64,000 nt of DNA from Octopus bimaculoides (taxonomy: Eukaryota): NCBI RefSeq assembly GCF_001194135.2, contig NC_068990.1:80725099-80789098 (forward strand), given 5' to 3'. How positions within the stretch are numbered: position 1 is the stretch's first letter; every line of letters starts with the position of its first letter. Below the pieces are notes generated by a model. The model ran no database searches. It was given only the letters and a program-made list of their open reading frames with translations, and was not told the origin of the DNA. Shown piece after piece: positions 52,790-64,000 of the stretch. Position numbers and translations under genes: made by a program.

Positions 52790-53800
52790 GATCACAATAC
52801 GTCAAGGTAGTTTCGTTGCTGCGGAGTGTGGAGTATCTAACGTTGTAGAGAATGTCTTTCTTCGGGTTTTAAATTGCAAGAAATAGGAAAGGGAAACCAG
52901 CAGAGTTTTACATTTTTTATGTCTAAGGAAATGGCGGTATCTGATGGGGAACAGAAAACAACTTGCATACTTAGACATGAAATAGTAGGAAGGAAAACGA
53001 GCTGAGTGATGGGTACAGAAAGAGAATTGAAAAGCAGAAGATAATAGGGTGAGTGTAAGGGAGATACGGGATAAGAAAAGGATTACTTAACTAACAGGAA
53101 ATGGAAGAAAGAAGGAGAAAAAAAGCATTGATCGAAACACGCCATTGACGTTGTTCCAACCTTGAATATGAAACGTTGTTCCATCTTTTTCAACGTGCAG
53201 ATCTATTGTGTACAGAAAAAACACTCACTGACAAATGGTTAATGGAACGACCATTATCTAGAAGTGGGTTACTGTAAGTTGGTTTAACATTCAAAGTAGT
53301 TTTCTTTACGCTTACATATGAATTAAGCAAGGTAACGGCTTTTTCCCAGTGTAAAGTGCAAAGTTTGCAGAAAACACAATATGACATTAGAAAGTGTGCA
53401 ACAGAAATTATGGATAACGTGATACTGCAACATAGGACTGGTGATGGTTGTATTGTTGTATTGTACTTAATAGACAAAGGCTGCATCTTTGGCGAACGTA
53501 TTTAAAAATATCTCTTAGTGTAATGGCTGGGCCGGACGAAACATCTCACTTGGAGCTTGCTGAGGTTCTTATCTTCCTTGAGGGCGAAAAGACGCGGTGT
53601 CGGTTTTGTGTATTTTTAGAGGGAGGAGAGACAAGTGCAAAGTGAAAGTAAGTATAAACTGGTTCGTAGATGTAAGTAAAAAGGGTAGGAGTACGGTGAT
53701 GTGCTCGATGGTCTAGGTCCGTTGTAGTGCAGGGTCCACACCTAATTGAACTTACTTTCAACACAAGAAAAAATGTATTCTTCCTCATTAGGTTTCGAAA
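52790..53800 (-). mobile_element. Penelope-like element remnant (GIY-YIG endonuclease and 3' region)
   Basis: Minus frames give SYCVFCKLC (cf. VIYCIxCxxC), NGRSINHLSVSV and KMEQRFIFKVGT (cf. EQxLIFxLGT). These are followed by a pyrimidine-rich 3' region and a decayed ccgaaga core near 52865. Confidence 0.65.
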
Positions 53801-54382
53801 TTCGAAACAATGCTGTAGACTTGGGGAAGTACTAAAAGAATGGGGTGGCAGAATTAGGGAATGGTGTGACAGATGAGTAGAAATACGAGTCGGAGTCAGA
53901 GTTTTTCTACTGGAACAGAAGTAGGCAAATTGATATGGTGGATAGCGATAGAAATAAAAAGAAAAAAAAGCAGAAGTGCCAGATACGTGTAATATACTAC
54001 TTATACATATGTATATAAAACAATAATTGCTAAAATATATTATACAAATTCTAAAGGAGAGATCGAATATAGTGATGCCGCAAACACAAAATTTTGTGAA
54101 AGTAATTTATTTATATGTATAAACTGCAATATAATGCTTCGAAGAACTGGTAGACTGACGTACAATACGATTTCTGGTGTTTGGTATATTCTATTTTGTT
54201 TAAATTTCCAAGTATCATGTTGATTATTTTTGCTTTTTATCCAGGCAGGATCAATAAAATCTTTATTAATCGCGCATGCAGAGAAATTGAACTCCGTCAA
54301 GATCTCAATTGTGTTGCTTAAATGCATATATTCATAAACGAACATAGTTGCACACCAATATATGTGTGCTTGTGTTTGTATA

Positions 54383-54422
<40 letters not shown>

Positions 54423-54619
54423 ATCTTCGAATGTGTATACATAATATACTATTTAATACAGCTATCTATTAGCACCCAACACCGTATGTATATATGAAAA
54501 ATACTGCAACGTTTGAGTTGTCGAGAAGATTGAAATATGTGTGTGTGTGTATGTGTGTGTGTGTGTATGTGTGTGTGTGTGCGTGCGTGTGTGTGTGTAC
54601 GTAAATATGTTGTCGTTTG

Positions 54620-54690
54620 TTCCTTCTCGAGCCACGCCTTGGCTATAAGGGCCGGTTTCCTAGTTTCATTAGCGTATAGGTTCCTCATAT
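54620..54690. repeat. Short interspersed repeat fragment
   Basis: GC-rich ctcgagccacgccttggctataagggccggtttcc island embedded in microsatellites; family assignment from recall only. Confidence 0.3.
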
Positions 54691-54797
54691 ATATATATGT
54701 ATATATGCATGTATGTACATATATATGTATGCATATATATATTATATGTGTATATATATATGTGTGTGTGTATAAACTTCAATATTGTGCTTCTATT

Positions 54798-54844
<47 letters not shown>

Positions 54845-56020
54845 TGGCTCAGAATAATATTAATGAGCAGAAGAAAAATTACTCAGTACTAAATTGAATA
54901 TAATTATTTATATCACTTGGCCAATTGAAAATCCTGAAACACTTTGAACAGGAAGGAATAACCGAATGAGAGTGTTTATGTTTGTGTGCGTGTGTGTATG
55001 TGTGTGTGTTGGTGGAGAAGCATTGTGGGGGGAGCGTGTGTATGTGTGTGGAGGGGTGTATTTGGGCATGTGTATTTTTCGCTTGGTTCTAAACGTTGCA
55101 GAGTTTGTCTCCGTTTGCACATACACGAATCTATATATATATATGCACATGTGTATTGCGAGAGTATATTTGTGTGTGTATGAATATGCATATGTTTGTG
55201 TCTGTAGAAATATCTATGTGTTTGCGAGTGAATTCTGAAAGAAAGGGACACTTAGAAAAATTAATCCATCAGCCGTTATTGACATGGAATCTGGAATGCT
55301 GTTATCTTTGGTGAAAAATTTCGGCAATGAATCTTGAAAGCTATATTCTCAAGAGATTATTGATCGCTACAAGTATCTTGTGATTTACACTCCTTCATCC
55401 TATTTCAAAATTTGTTGCTATTTCCTACTGAAGGCAAAGCAACAATCTTGGTACGATAAACACGCTTCACTGAACTGGCCATCAAAGCGAGCCATACATC
55501 TATTGAACTGGACTTTGATATATATATATATANNNNNNNNNNNNNNNNNNNNNNNNNNNNNNNNNNNNNNNNNNNNNNNNNNNNNNNNNNNNNNNNNNNN
55601 NNNNNNNNNNNNNNNNNNNNNNNNNNNNNNNNNNNNNNNNNNNNNNNNNNNNNNNNNNNNNNNNNNNNNNNNNNNNNNNNNNNNNNNNNNNNNNNNNNNN
55701 NNNNNNNNNNNNNNNNNNNNNNNNNNNNNNNNNNNNNNNNNNNNNNNNNNNNNNNNNNNNNNNNNNNNNNNNNNNNNNNNNNNNNNNNNNNNNNNNNNNN
55801 NNNNNNNNNNNNNNNNNNNNNNNNNNNNNNNNNNNNNNNNNNNNNNNNNNNNNNNNNNNNNNNNNNNNNNNNNNNNNNNNNNNNNNNNNNNNNNNNNNNN
55901 NNNNNNNNNNNNNNNNNNNNNNNNNNNNNNNNNNNNNNNNNNNNNNNNNNNNNNNNNNNNNNNNNNNNNNNNNNNATACATATATATATATATGTATATA
56001 TATGGATGTGTATATATATG

Positions 56021-56055
<35 letters not shown>

Positions 56056-56479
56056 ATATATATATATATATGTGTGTGTATACATATATGCTTATATATG
56101 TATACACACACACATACTTACACAGACACACACATATATATAGTTGAAACATCGCTGAAAGGATAAGTCAGAATACAAAATAAACTGGAATTGAAGGAAT
56201 TCGTAAACTTCCACTGAATATCAATATGAATGTAAAGAAATTATTAATAAAACTTAGTTGGAACCTGGCTTCGAATCGTATCCAGAGAATATGAAGTATT
56301 AGGTAATTGCATTAAGTAGCTATGAGCAGATCTTGTTTGAAGATAACAGCTTGAAATTGCAAACAAAGCACTGACAATCAACAAATGCCTGTTGCTAATT
56401 AACATGAATGTGTGGACATATCCAAATTGCTGCTAATTAAGAAAACCAGCTTGGAAAATTTATGATGGTGACAGGTAAG

Positions 56480-56770
56480 ATGTTCAGAATGTGTGAAATG
56501 AAAGTGAAATTGAATTGAAAAACAGGTGAAAAGGTTCGTCTTAATTGTAACCTTAAAGATATGGTGATCAGCACTTTAAGCACATTCAACTCCACGGAGA
56601 AACAGATTTCGGGAAGACAACACAGGAGCGGCTTCAATGTGGTCTGTTGAAATAGCAGCTAAATAACACTTCTTCGGTTCTAGTAGTTAAATCCAACTCA
56701 AATCATATTTTCTTGTTATCAAAGAAGAAAAAATTATTGGCTGATGCAGTCGGCGATACCCTATGTCTAA
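56480..56770 (+). mobile_element. Degenerate family E repeat
   Basis: ttgaaatagcagctaaat core shared with the 17570-17590 (minus) and 58590 copies. Confidence 0.4.
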
Positions 56771-58246
56771 TTTCAAAGATGGATTAATTGTGGTGTTAAT
56801 TAGTTATGATAAGAATCTACTAAGGGTTAGGTTAAATAACATCTACAAAAACAAAGAAGCTACGTTACGCGAGTGGATGCAAAATTTCGAAATAAATGTA
56901 ATTATATTCTGCAAGTTCAATCGAGGATTTTCTCTCTTGAAATGGTTGTAAGTGCTAATTAGAAAGTTCAAGTTATTCAAACTCCTGTGGATCATGCTTT
57001 AGTTCATGTATATGTGTGTGTGAATGTGTGTGCATTTGTGTGTATGTGTGTGCGTGTGTTTGGATGTGCATGCATTTGTGTGTGTGTGTGTGTATGTGAT
57101 ATGATTGTATGATTGTATGTGAGTGTATGTGCGTTTGTGATACACAATTTAAAAACACTCAAGAGATGATCCGATAGAGTGAACCGTCATGAATATGTAT
57201 GATATACCAAATGTATTTGTATATATATATATACAAGTACACACTTTATTGTGAGTAACACTTAACCCTTTGAAGTAGGATGAAAAGAGACAAAGGAAAG
57301 TAAACGATGGAGTAAAGAAGAAAAAATGCGTATGTATATATATGTGTATACATACATATACATATANNNNNNNNNNNNNNNNNNNNNNNNNNNNNNNNNN
57401 NNNNNNNNNNNNNNNNNNNNNNNNNNNNNNNNNNNNNNNNNNNNNNNNNNNNNNNNNNNNNNNNNNNNNNNNNNNNNNNNNNNNNNNNNNNNNNNNNNNN
57501 NNNNNNNNNNNNNNNNNNNNNNNNNNNNNNNNNNNNNNNNNNNNNNNNNNNNNTATATATATATACATACATACATATACATATACATATATACATGCAT
57601 ATATACATATACACGCACACTCACACAAACATATGCATATATGCACCATACATTTGAAATAATACGGTCTTTTGCTTATTTTCCGTTTGTCATCCATTCG
57701 CGAAGATATTTGGGTAATCTTCGTCGCAGCGAAATTAGATTGTACATGAAAGAACATAGTTACGATCCGACTTCTTAACTATGCTGCTAAACCTAATTAA
57801 TTTAATAATAAATCCTATTTTTCTTATTCTGATATGAACTCTGAAAAACATTCCAAGACATTCAATGCAGACATTTGCTACATCTTAATGCTATTAGTAA
57901 TATAATAAAGTCGATTTGCTTTTAATTTGTGCTAATAATATTTGAGTGTCTTCGGCAAATTTCGCTATATTAAGTAATTAAGATGGAAATTATAAGTAAA
58001 AAATATGTAGATCATTAAAAAATTCCAGTTACGTTTCATGTAGTTAGAGCGCGTTTTCGTAAGGTATTTGAAGACGGCGAGATAATGTACGTGACATTTA
58101 AAGAGCCTCCTAGGATATTGAGACTAATGTAGTGAATAGAAAGCGATATCTACAGGAAAACCACACGAGAGAGAATTCCACTTTGTTGCATTCTAGCAAG
58201 ATTGAGGTAATTGTTTAATGTTGTATCTATAAGAGTTGAAACTCAC

Positions 58247-58335
58247 TAGGAATGACAGAAGGAGAAGTGATTGTGGCTGTGGTAGGCTTTTTTTTTGGAG
58301 AATGTTTACTGTTAGCCAGCCTAACAAGGCAGATG
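58247..58335 (-). CDS. Best candidate internal exon (89 nt) of an unidentified gene
   Basis: Long acceptor ttttgttttctttctactgtactactgcag and consensus donor CTA|gtgagt. Two open frames: ICLVRLANSKHSPKKKPTTATITSPSVIP, or SALLGWLTVNILQKKSLPQPQSLLLLSFL. Confidence 0.4.
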
Positions 58336-58544
58336 CTGCAGTAGTACAGTAGAAAGAAAACAAAACCCAGATACAGTAGAAAATGTGATGACACACGTTT
58401 GAGAGTAGTTGAAGTGTATTGATGACAGTGTTGACCAAGCTACAAAATAGTGCGTATTGCATGAGCAACAAAACTACAATGGTATGAGGAACAATCATTT
58501 AAAAAATTCTACTCTGTTAAAGTAGAATATTATCTATTGCAGTC

Positions 58545-58660
58545 ACATTACACATCGCAGAATCTGTTTGTAGTCACTCGACTTGTTAAAAATAGCAGCC
58601 AAATTATTCTCAAATGTAACGTCTTTAAAAAATAACAAGAACATTATTTCATGCAGTCCA
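58545..58660 (+). mobile_element. Degenerate family E repeat
   Basis: gtcactcgacttgttaaaaatagcagccaaatt..ctcaaat. Confidence 0.45.
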
Positions 58661-58859
58661 GAGTACACAACGCCTAAACAAATTATGTAATCGTCGTGGT
58701 TCAAACACCCACTTTTACGCATTTGTTTGATAAGATCTTATCTGGGGCGAATTGAGAACAAAAAGGGAAATCATTATTTTGAGTAGATCTGTCGTATGAC
58801 AGACCAGAATAGGCAATAATTTATTTAACAGATTATACACAGACTAGTTAAAAATATAC

Positions 58860-58901
58860 CATAATCGTCCTTATAATGTGTGACACCAAATGAAACTATT
58901 A
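58860..58901 (-). CDS. Candidate 42-nt exon
   Basis: Acceptor tctttattccttttattgaacag, donor ATG|gtatat, single open frame xIVSFGVTHYKDDY. Its phase is compatible with the second frame of 58247-58335. Confidence 0.2.
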
Positions 58902-59506
58902 CTGTTCAATAAAAGGAATAAAGACGAACTAATATATACAGCATGTAAAAGAGAACCATTGAAGCAACTTGTTGTTTTATCAGGGTGCCATTCTAATATA
59001 CATGCATACGAATTTAACTACACAAGGAGAAGCTTCCATATGGATCACTGCACTATTCTTACATAAGACACATGGCTTTCAAACTAAATGTTTCCCTCAT
59101 AAAATAAATTAACAATGTTATTTACGCATTCAAGCTACTACCAGGATAAAAGAGGAGACGGTCATAGTTGAAATGTCTCTGATCATATATACCAGCCAGT
59201 TTTAACTGACCTATCACTAAACAATGACCAGAACAGGTATATAAGCAAAGAGATAGAATTGCTAATGGAATCATGTGAATCGGAAATGTCTAGCCGTAAT
59301 ATATAGACAGCCAAACAGCATCACAAATACAATAAAATCTGCAAGCCAGCCTGATAAAAATAGCAATGTAATAGATTATTTTTATGCAAGTTTCCTTCAA
59401 ATCAGCAGCATTGAATGACTACAGTAATTCATTGAAATGAATATTAATCATACGTATGTAAATACATATGTATATATTAAATTCATAATATATAGATACA
59501 GAGGGA

Positions 59507-59510
<4 letters not shown>

Positions 59511-59565
<55 letters not shown>
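59511..59565. repeat. (GA)n microsatellite
   Basis: Directly visible. Confidence 0.95.
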
Positions 59566-59569
<4 letters not shown>

Positions 59570-60026
59570 AGAGAATGCAGGGTATGGATTCTAACACGGA
59601 CAGATATAAACATACATTGATGTTAGTCTGCCATCGCAGCTCCGAATAGATCAGGTCTACTGCAAAGCCTAAGCCCATATCCATTTAGAGTTATTATAGC
59701 TTTACGATGCAAGTTCAGATAACTCTAATTCTCACCTTTTTTCTTTTTCTTTTCCTTTTGTTTTCCAGTCTTTTCGACCCCCCTTCCCCTCTTTTACATC
59801 TACTTTCTTCTCGTCTTTTCTCGTACTTTTTCTTTCTGTTTTAGCTTGCATACGGCTTAGCCTGGAGATTGCATGGACGCTCATAAAAAATGTATACCGT
59901 ACTTATTAACAAACATTTATCTCTCACGAGATGAAGCACATTTTTGTTGATGTTACCTTCACGGAGCGCTATATAATATGCATTATGTATGTAGTATAGC
60001 ATATAAATATGTATGTATGTATACAT

Positions 60027-60079
<53 letters not shown>

Positions 60080-61075
60080 NNNNNNNNNNNNNNNNNNNNN
60101 NNNNNNNNNNNNNNNNNNNNNNNNNNNNNNNNNNNNNNNNNNNNNNNNNNNNNNNNNNNNNNNNNNNNNNNNNNNNNNNNNNNNNNNNNNNNNNNNNNNN
60201 NNNNNNNNNNNNNNNNNNNNNNNNNNNNNNNNNNNNNNNNNNNNNNNNNNNNNNNNNNNNNNNNNNNNNNNNNNNNNNNNNNNNNNNNNNNNNNNNNNNN
60301 NNNNNNNNNNNNNNNNNNNNNNNNNNNNNNNNNNNNNNNNNNNNNNNNNNNNNNNNNNNNNNNNNNNNNNNNNNNNNNNNNNNNNNNNNNNNNNNNNNNN
60401 NNNNNNNNNNNNNNNNNNNNNNNNNNNNNNNNNNNNNNNNNNNNNNNNNNNNNNNNNNNNNNNNNNNNNNNNNNNNNNNNNNNNNNNNNNNNNNNNNNNN
60501 NNNNNNNNNNNNNNNNNNNNNNNNNNNNNNNNNNNNNNNNNNNNNNNNNNNNNNNNNNNNNNNNNNNNNNNNNNNNNNNNNNNNNNNNNNNNNNNNNNNN
60601 NNNNNNNNNNNNNNNNNNNNNNNNNNNNNNNNNNNNNNNNNNNNNNNNNNNNNNNNNNNNNNNNNNNNNNNNNNNNNNNNNNNNNNNNNNNNNNNNNNNN
60701 NNNNNNNNNNNNNNNNNNNNTGTGTGTGTATGTATATATGTATAAATATATATTCATACTATTTATGTGTGTGCCTGTATGTGTATGTAACTGTAAATAT
60801 ATTTCATGCTATCCAGGCTACACAATATTTCATTCAATCTTATATTTTATTTCTAAGAGTAACATTCCTAAATCCATTAATTCATTAATATTTCGATACC
60901 GTCAAGTTTCCATCACAAGAGTGAAATGGTACCAATAATGGTATACTGTTATCATAAATTGTAGTATTTCAGGAAAAGGAAAATATCATTAACATACTGG
61001 TGTAATTCGTAAAATGGTGAACGCCAGACATAAAAATTACATATAGGACTATACCCGCCTGTTTGACTAAACAGG

Positions 61076-61076
<1 letters not shown>

Positions 61077-61161
<85 letters not shown>
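61077..61161. repeat. (TG)n microsatellite
   Basis: Directly visible. Confidence 0.95.
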
Positions 61162-61163
<2 letters not shown>

Positions 61164-61329
61164 GCAAATACCAAATCTTCCCTCTCTATCAATGTACCAG
61201 AAACACTTCAACCCAATTCCGTTTAAATAAGGAGAGTATACACGTCAAAAAATATAAACTACAGCTGAATATCCTTTAGAAAGAAAAAAACCCCAGTAAA
61301 ATTAGTCTTAGGAGTGATCGACAAGAAAT

Positions 61330-61860
61330 GAATATCCTCAAAGTTTCAGTCATACTGAGTTACGAGGGTAAAACAAGGGAAAAATGAAGATAGTAAAAAA
61401 AGGGAATTTGGTTTACAGTTTCTCTGGTCTTCTTCACGTTGGAGCTTACGCTTGTAGCGATATGTTTTAGAATCAGGTGTATTTATAAATTTTTCCGCGA
61501 GCGTATCTGATTTTTGATTCGTGAAAGTAATGGTGATGTCTTGTTTTCCCGGCATTCAAGTTTGTCCTTCTGCCTGGTTGACTTCCCTGTAGGAAACGGT
61601 CATCAGTCGTTCCGGTTGGCTGATTCTCTTAAAGGGTCATTTCGTTGTATTTGCTGAATTTCGGTTTTGATTTGTCTAGAGTTAGGTGACGTCAGCAACT
61701 GGTATTTGTAAAATTTCACTTGTCTAGAGGTAGGTGACGTGGGCAACAGGTGTTGTGTTTGTATAGAGATGTGGAGTTGCGGTTTCGAAACCCGGGTGGA
61801 AGACGGTTACTAAAGTTTTTAAAACTGTGTGTTTTTCCTGGTTGTTTTTTTTTTGTGTGG
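61330..61860 (-). mobile_element. GC-richer repeat island, possibly a Penelope-like pLTR remnant
   Basis: ORF fragment ..SDTLAEKFINTPDSK, two decayed hammerhead-like cores (ctgatga near 61600; gtgaaga..gaaac near 61420-61440) and a duplicated ttgtctagag.taggtgacgt unit. Confidence 0.35.
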
Positions 61861-62063
61861 AGAAACTTAACATCTTGAGAAAGTCATTGCGTGCATAGAT
61901 CTACATGGCGTAGAATGTGTCATGATATATAAAATCAACACTGAGTTAAAGAAACAGACCAATAAAAGAATTATAGCCTGCAATCAACAGACATATTGCC
62001 CAATCTCAGGTAAAAATTCAGGTCATCAGTGTCCCCAGTGTGACTTCATAGAAAAATTCATAC

Positions 62064-62159
62064 CAGGATTCCAATAACATTAACGCATCCATCGCAGATA
62101 GATGAATCTTCTGTTGTTCTTTTCTTTAAATCTCCTCCTTCAAACGGTAATATGTCCAT
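62064..62159 (-). CDS. Weak candidate first coding exon
   Basis: ATG-initiated frame MDILPFEGGDLKKRTTEDSSICDGCVNVIGIL ending at CTG|gtatga. Its phase does not join directly to the 58 kb candidates. Confidence 0.15.
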
Positions 62160-62377
62160 CGTATATATATACATACACACGTATATATTTATATATGTAT
62201 ATAGGCATGCATACACTAAACAGAAAGAACTGACGACAAAACCAGCAGATAGTTTTCATACAACATAATGATATTCTTATCTTGCTACCACGTTCAAATA
62301 ATGATGTTTTCCGCTCAATATACCTTTGCTTATAATATATATACGTGTGTGCGTGTGTCTGTATACATATATATGTA

Positions 62378-62408
<31 letters not shown>

Positions 62409-63239
62409 NNNNNNNNNNNNNNNNNNNNNNNNNNNNNNNNNNNNNNNNNNNNNNNNNNNNNNNNNNNNNNNNNNNNNNNNNNNNNNNNNNNNNNNNNNNN
62501 NNNNNNNNNNNNNNNNNNNNNNNNNNNNNNNNNNNNNNNNNNNNNNNNNNNNNNNNNNNNNNNNNNNNNNNNNNNNNNNNNNNNNNNNNNNNNNNNNNNN
62601 NNNNNNNNNNNNNNNNNNNNNNNNNNNNNNNNNNNNNNNNNNNNNNNNNNNNNNNNNNNNNNNNNNNNNNNNNNNNNNNNNNNNNNNNNNNNNNNNNNNN
62701 NNNNNNNNNNNNNNNNNNNNNNNNNNNNNNNNNNNNNNNNNNNNNNNNNNNNNNNNNNNNNNNNNNNNNNNNNNNNNNNNNNNNNNNNNNNNNNNNNNNN
62801 NNNNNNNNNNNNNNNNNNNNNNNNNNNNNNNNNNNNNNNNNNNNNNNNNNNNNNNNNNNNNNNNNNNNNNNNNNNNNNNNNNNNNNNNNNNNNNNNNNNN
62901 NNNNNNNNNNNNNNNNNNNNNNNNNNNNNNNNNNNNNNNNNNNNNNNNNNNNNNNNNNNNNNNNNNNNNNNNNNNNNNNNNNNNNNNNNNNNNNNNNNNN
63001 NNNNNNNNNNNNNNNNNNNNNNNNNNNNNNNNNNNNNNNNNNNNNNNNNNNNNNNNNNNNNNNNNNNNNNNNNNNNNNNNNNNNNNNNNNNNNNNNNNNN
63101 NNNNNNNNNNNNNNNNNNNNNNNNNNNNNNNNNNNNNNNNNNNNNNNNNNNNNNNNNNNNNNNNNNNNNNNNNNNNNNNNNNNNNNNNNNNNNNNNNNNN
63201 NNNNNNNNNNNNNNNNNNNNNNNNNNNNNNNNNNNNNNN

Positions 63240-63271
<32 letters not shown>

Positions 63272-63887
63272 ACCGTACATAATTTTTTACATATCTTTGC
63301 CTGTGTGTATATGCATGTATGAATGTGTCGGTTATGTGTGAGCCGCATAGGAAAATATATTTACCAATTCTAATTTGTTTAATATACTGTGGCTAGAGAA
63401 TGTCATTGGAACGTCATTTTTGCAACACTCCCAGCGGCATTATAAAAGAGATAGATAATCAATAAAACAGTGATAGTGGTGGGAAAGCTATTTAATAACA
63501 ATGTCCACTGTCCATATTCAAGTGTTCAAGAAAACAACAATACATTACAATATAACTAATTGAATATACCGACTATATTATACATGTACGTACTCTCACA
63601 CACATATACAGACACTCACACAGCAAACATACTTGAAAGCATATATATGCACATGTAGAAACGCACANNNNNNNNNNACTCACACAGCAAACATACTTGA
63701 AAGCATATATATGCACATGTAGAAACGCACACAGATATACATGTATACATGCGTATATGTATGTATATAAACATATGTATATGCATATAGATATTCGTAT
63801 ATATATATCATTTAGTGCGTATGCATATACATACGCTTGCATACATTTTGACTGATAGACGAATGTATAGATGTATTATTTAATTCT

Positions 63888-63935
63888 TTTCCTTGTGCTC
63901 GTCATTTGATTGCGGGCATACTGGAGCTCCGCCAT
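63888..63935 (-). mobile_element. 3' tip of family A SINE
   Basis: gtcatttgattgcgggcatactggagctccgcc matches 16283-16318. Confidence 0.6.
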
Positions 63936-63943
63936 ATATGCAT

Positions 63944-64000
<57 letters not shown>

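Noticed and set aside
54040-54345. 101-aa ORF MFVYEYMHLSNTIEIL..
   Set aside because: It is AT-rich with no domain signature or splice support, and is of a length expected by chance.
63614-63731. 54-bp direct duplication
   Set aside because: The two copies flank a 10-N gap, which is typical of an unmerged contig overlap.

Overview
This is AT-rich eukaryotic non-coding DNA, most likely intronic or intergenic sequence from an octopus. That assignment is inferred from recognisable cephalopod tRNA-derived SINE families and extreme microsatellite density; I could not confirm it by search. There are 16 assembly gaps, nearly all flanked by simple repeats. No complete protein-coding gene, prokaryotic operon or CRISPR array is supportable, and almost all ORF-track entries are microsatellite, gap or repeat artefacts. 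The informative content is decayed mobile DNA: at least four SINE families, and remnants of RTE, L1/Tx1, CR1/Jockey-like and R4/Dong (RLE-type) LINEs. Penelope-like elements (PLEs) and mariner fragments are also present. A few minus-strand segments have good splice signals and could be exons of a large gene, but I cannot identify it. The most interesting signal is a tRNA-headed SINE (13783-14073) with an almost canonical minimal type I hammerhead ribozyme (13933-13978); related decayed cores sit in PLE remnants (20261-20288, 5321-5348). Next are two LINEs that appear to sit inside microsatellites (Tx1 in TTA, R4-like in TACA) and a cluster of oppositely oriented SINEs at 45.7-48.1 kb. All translations, alignments and folds were done by eye, and repeat boundaries are approximate.
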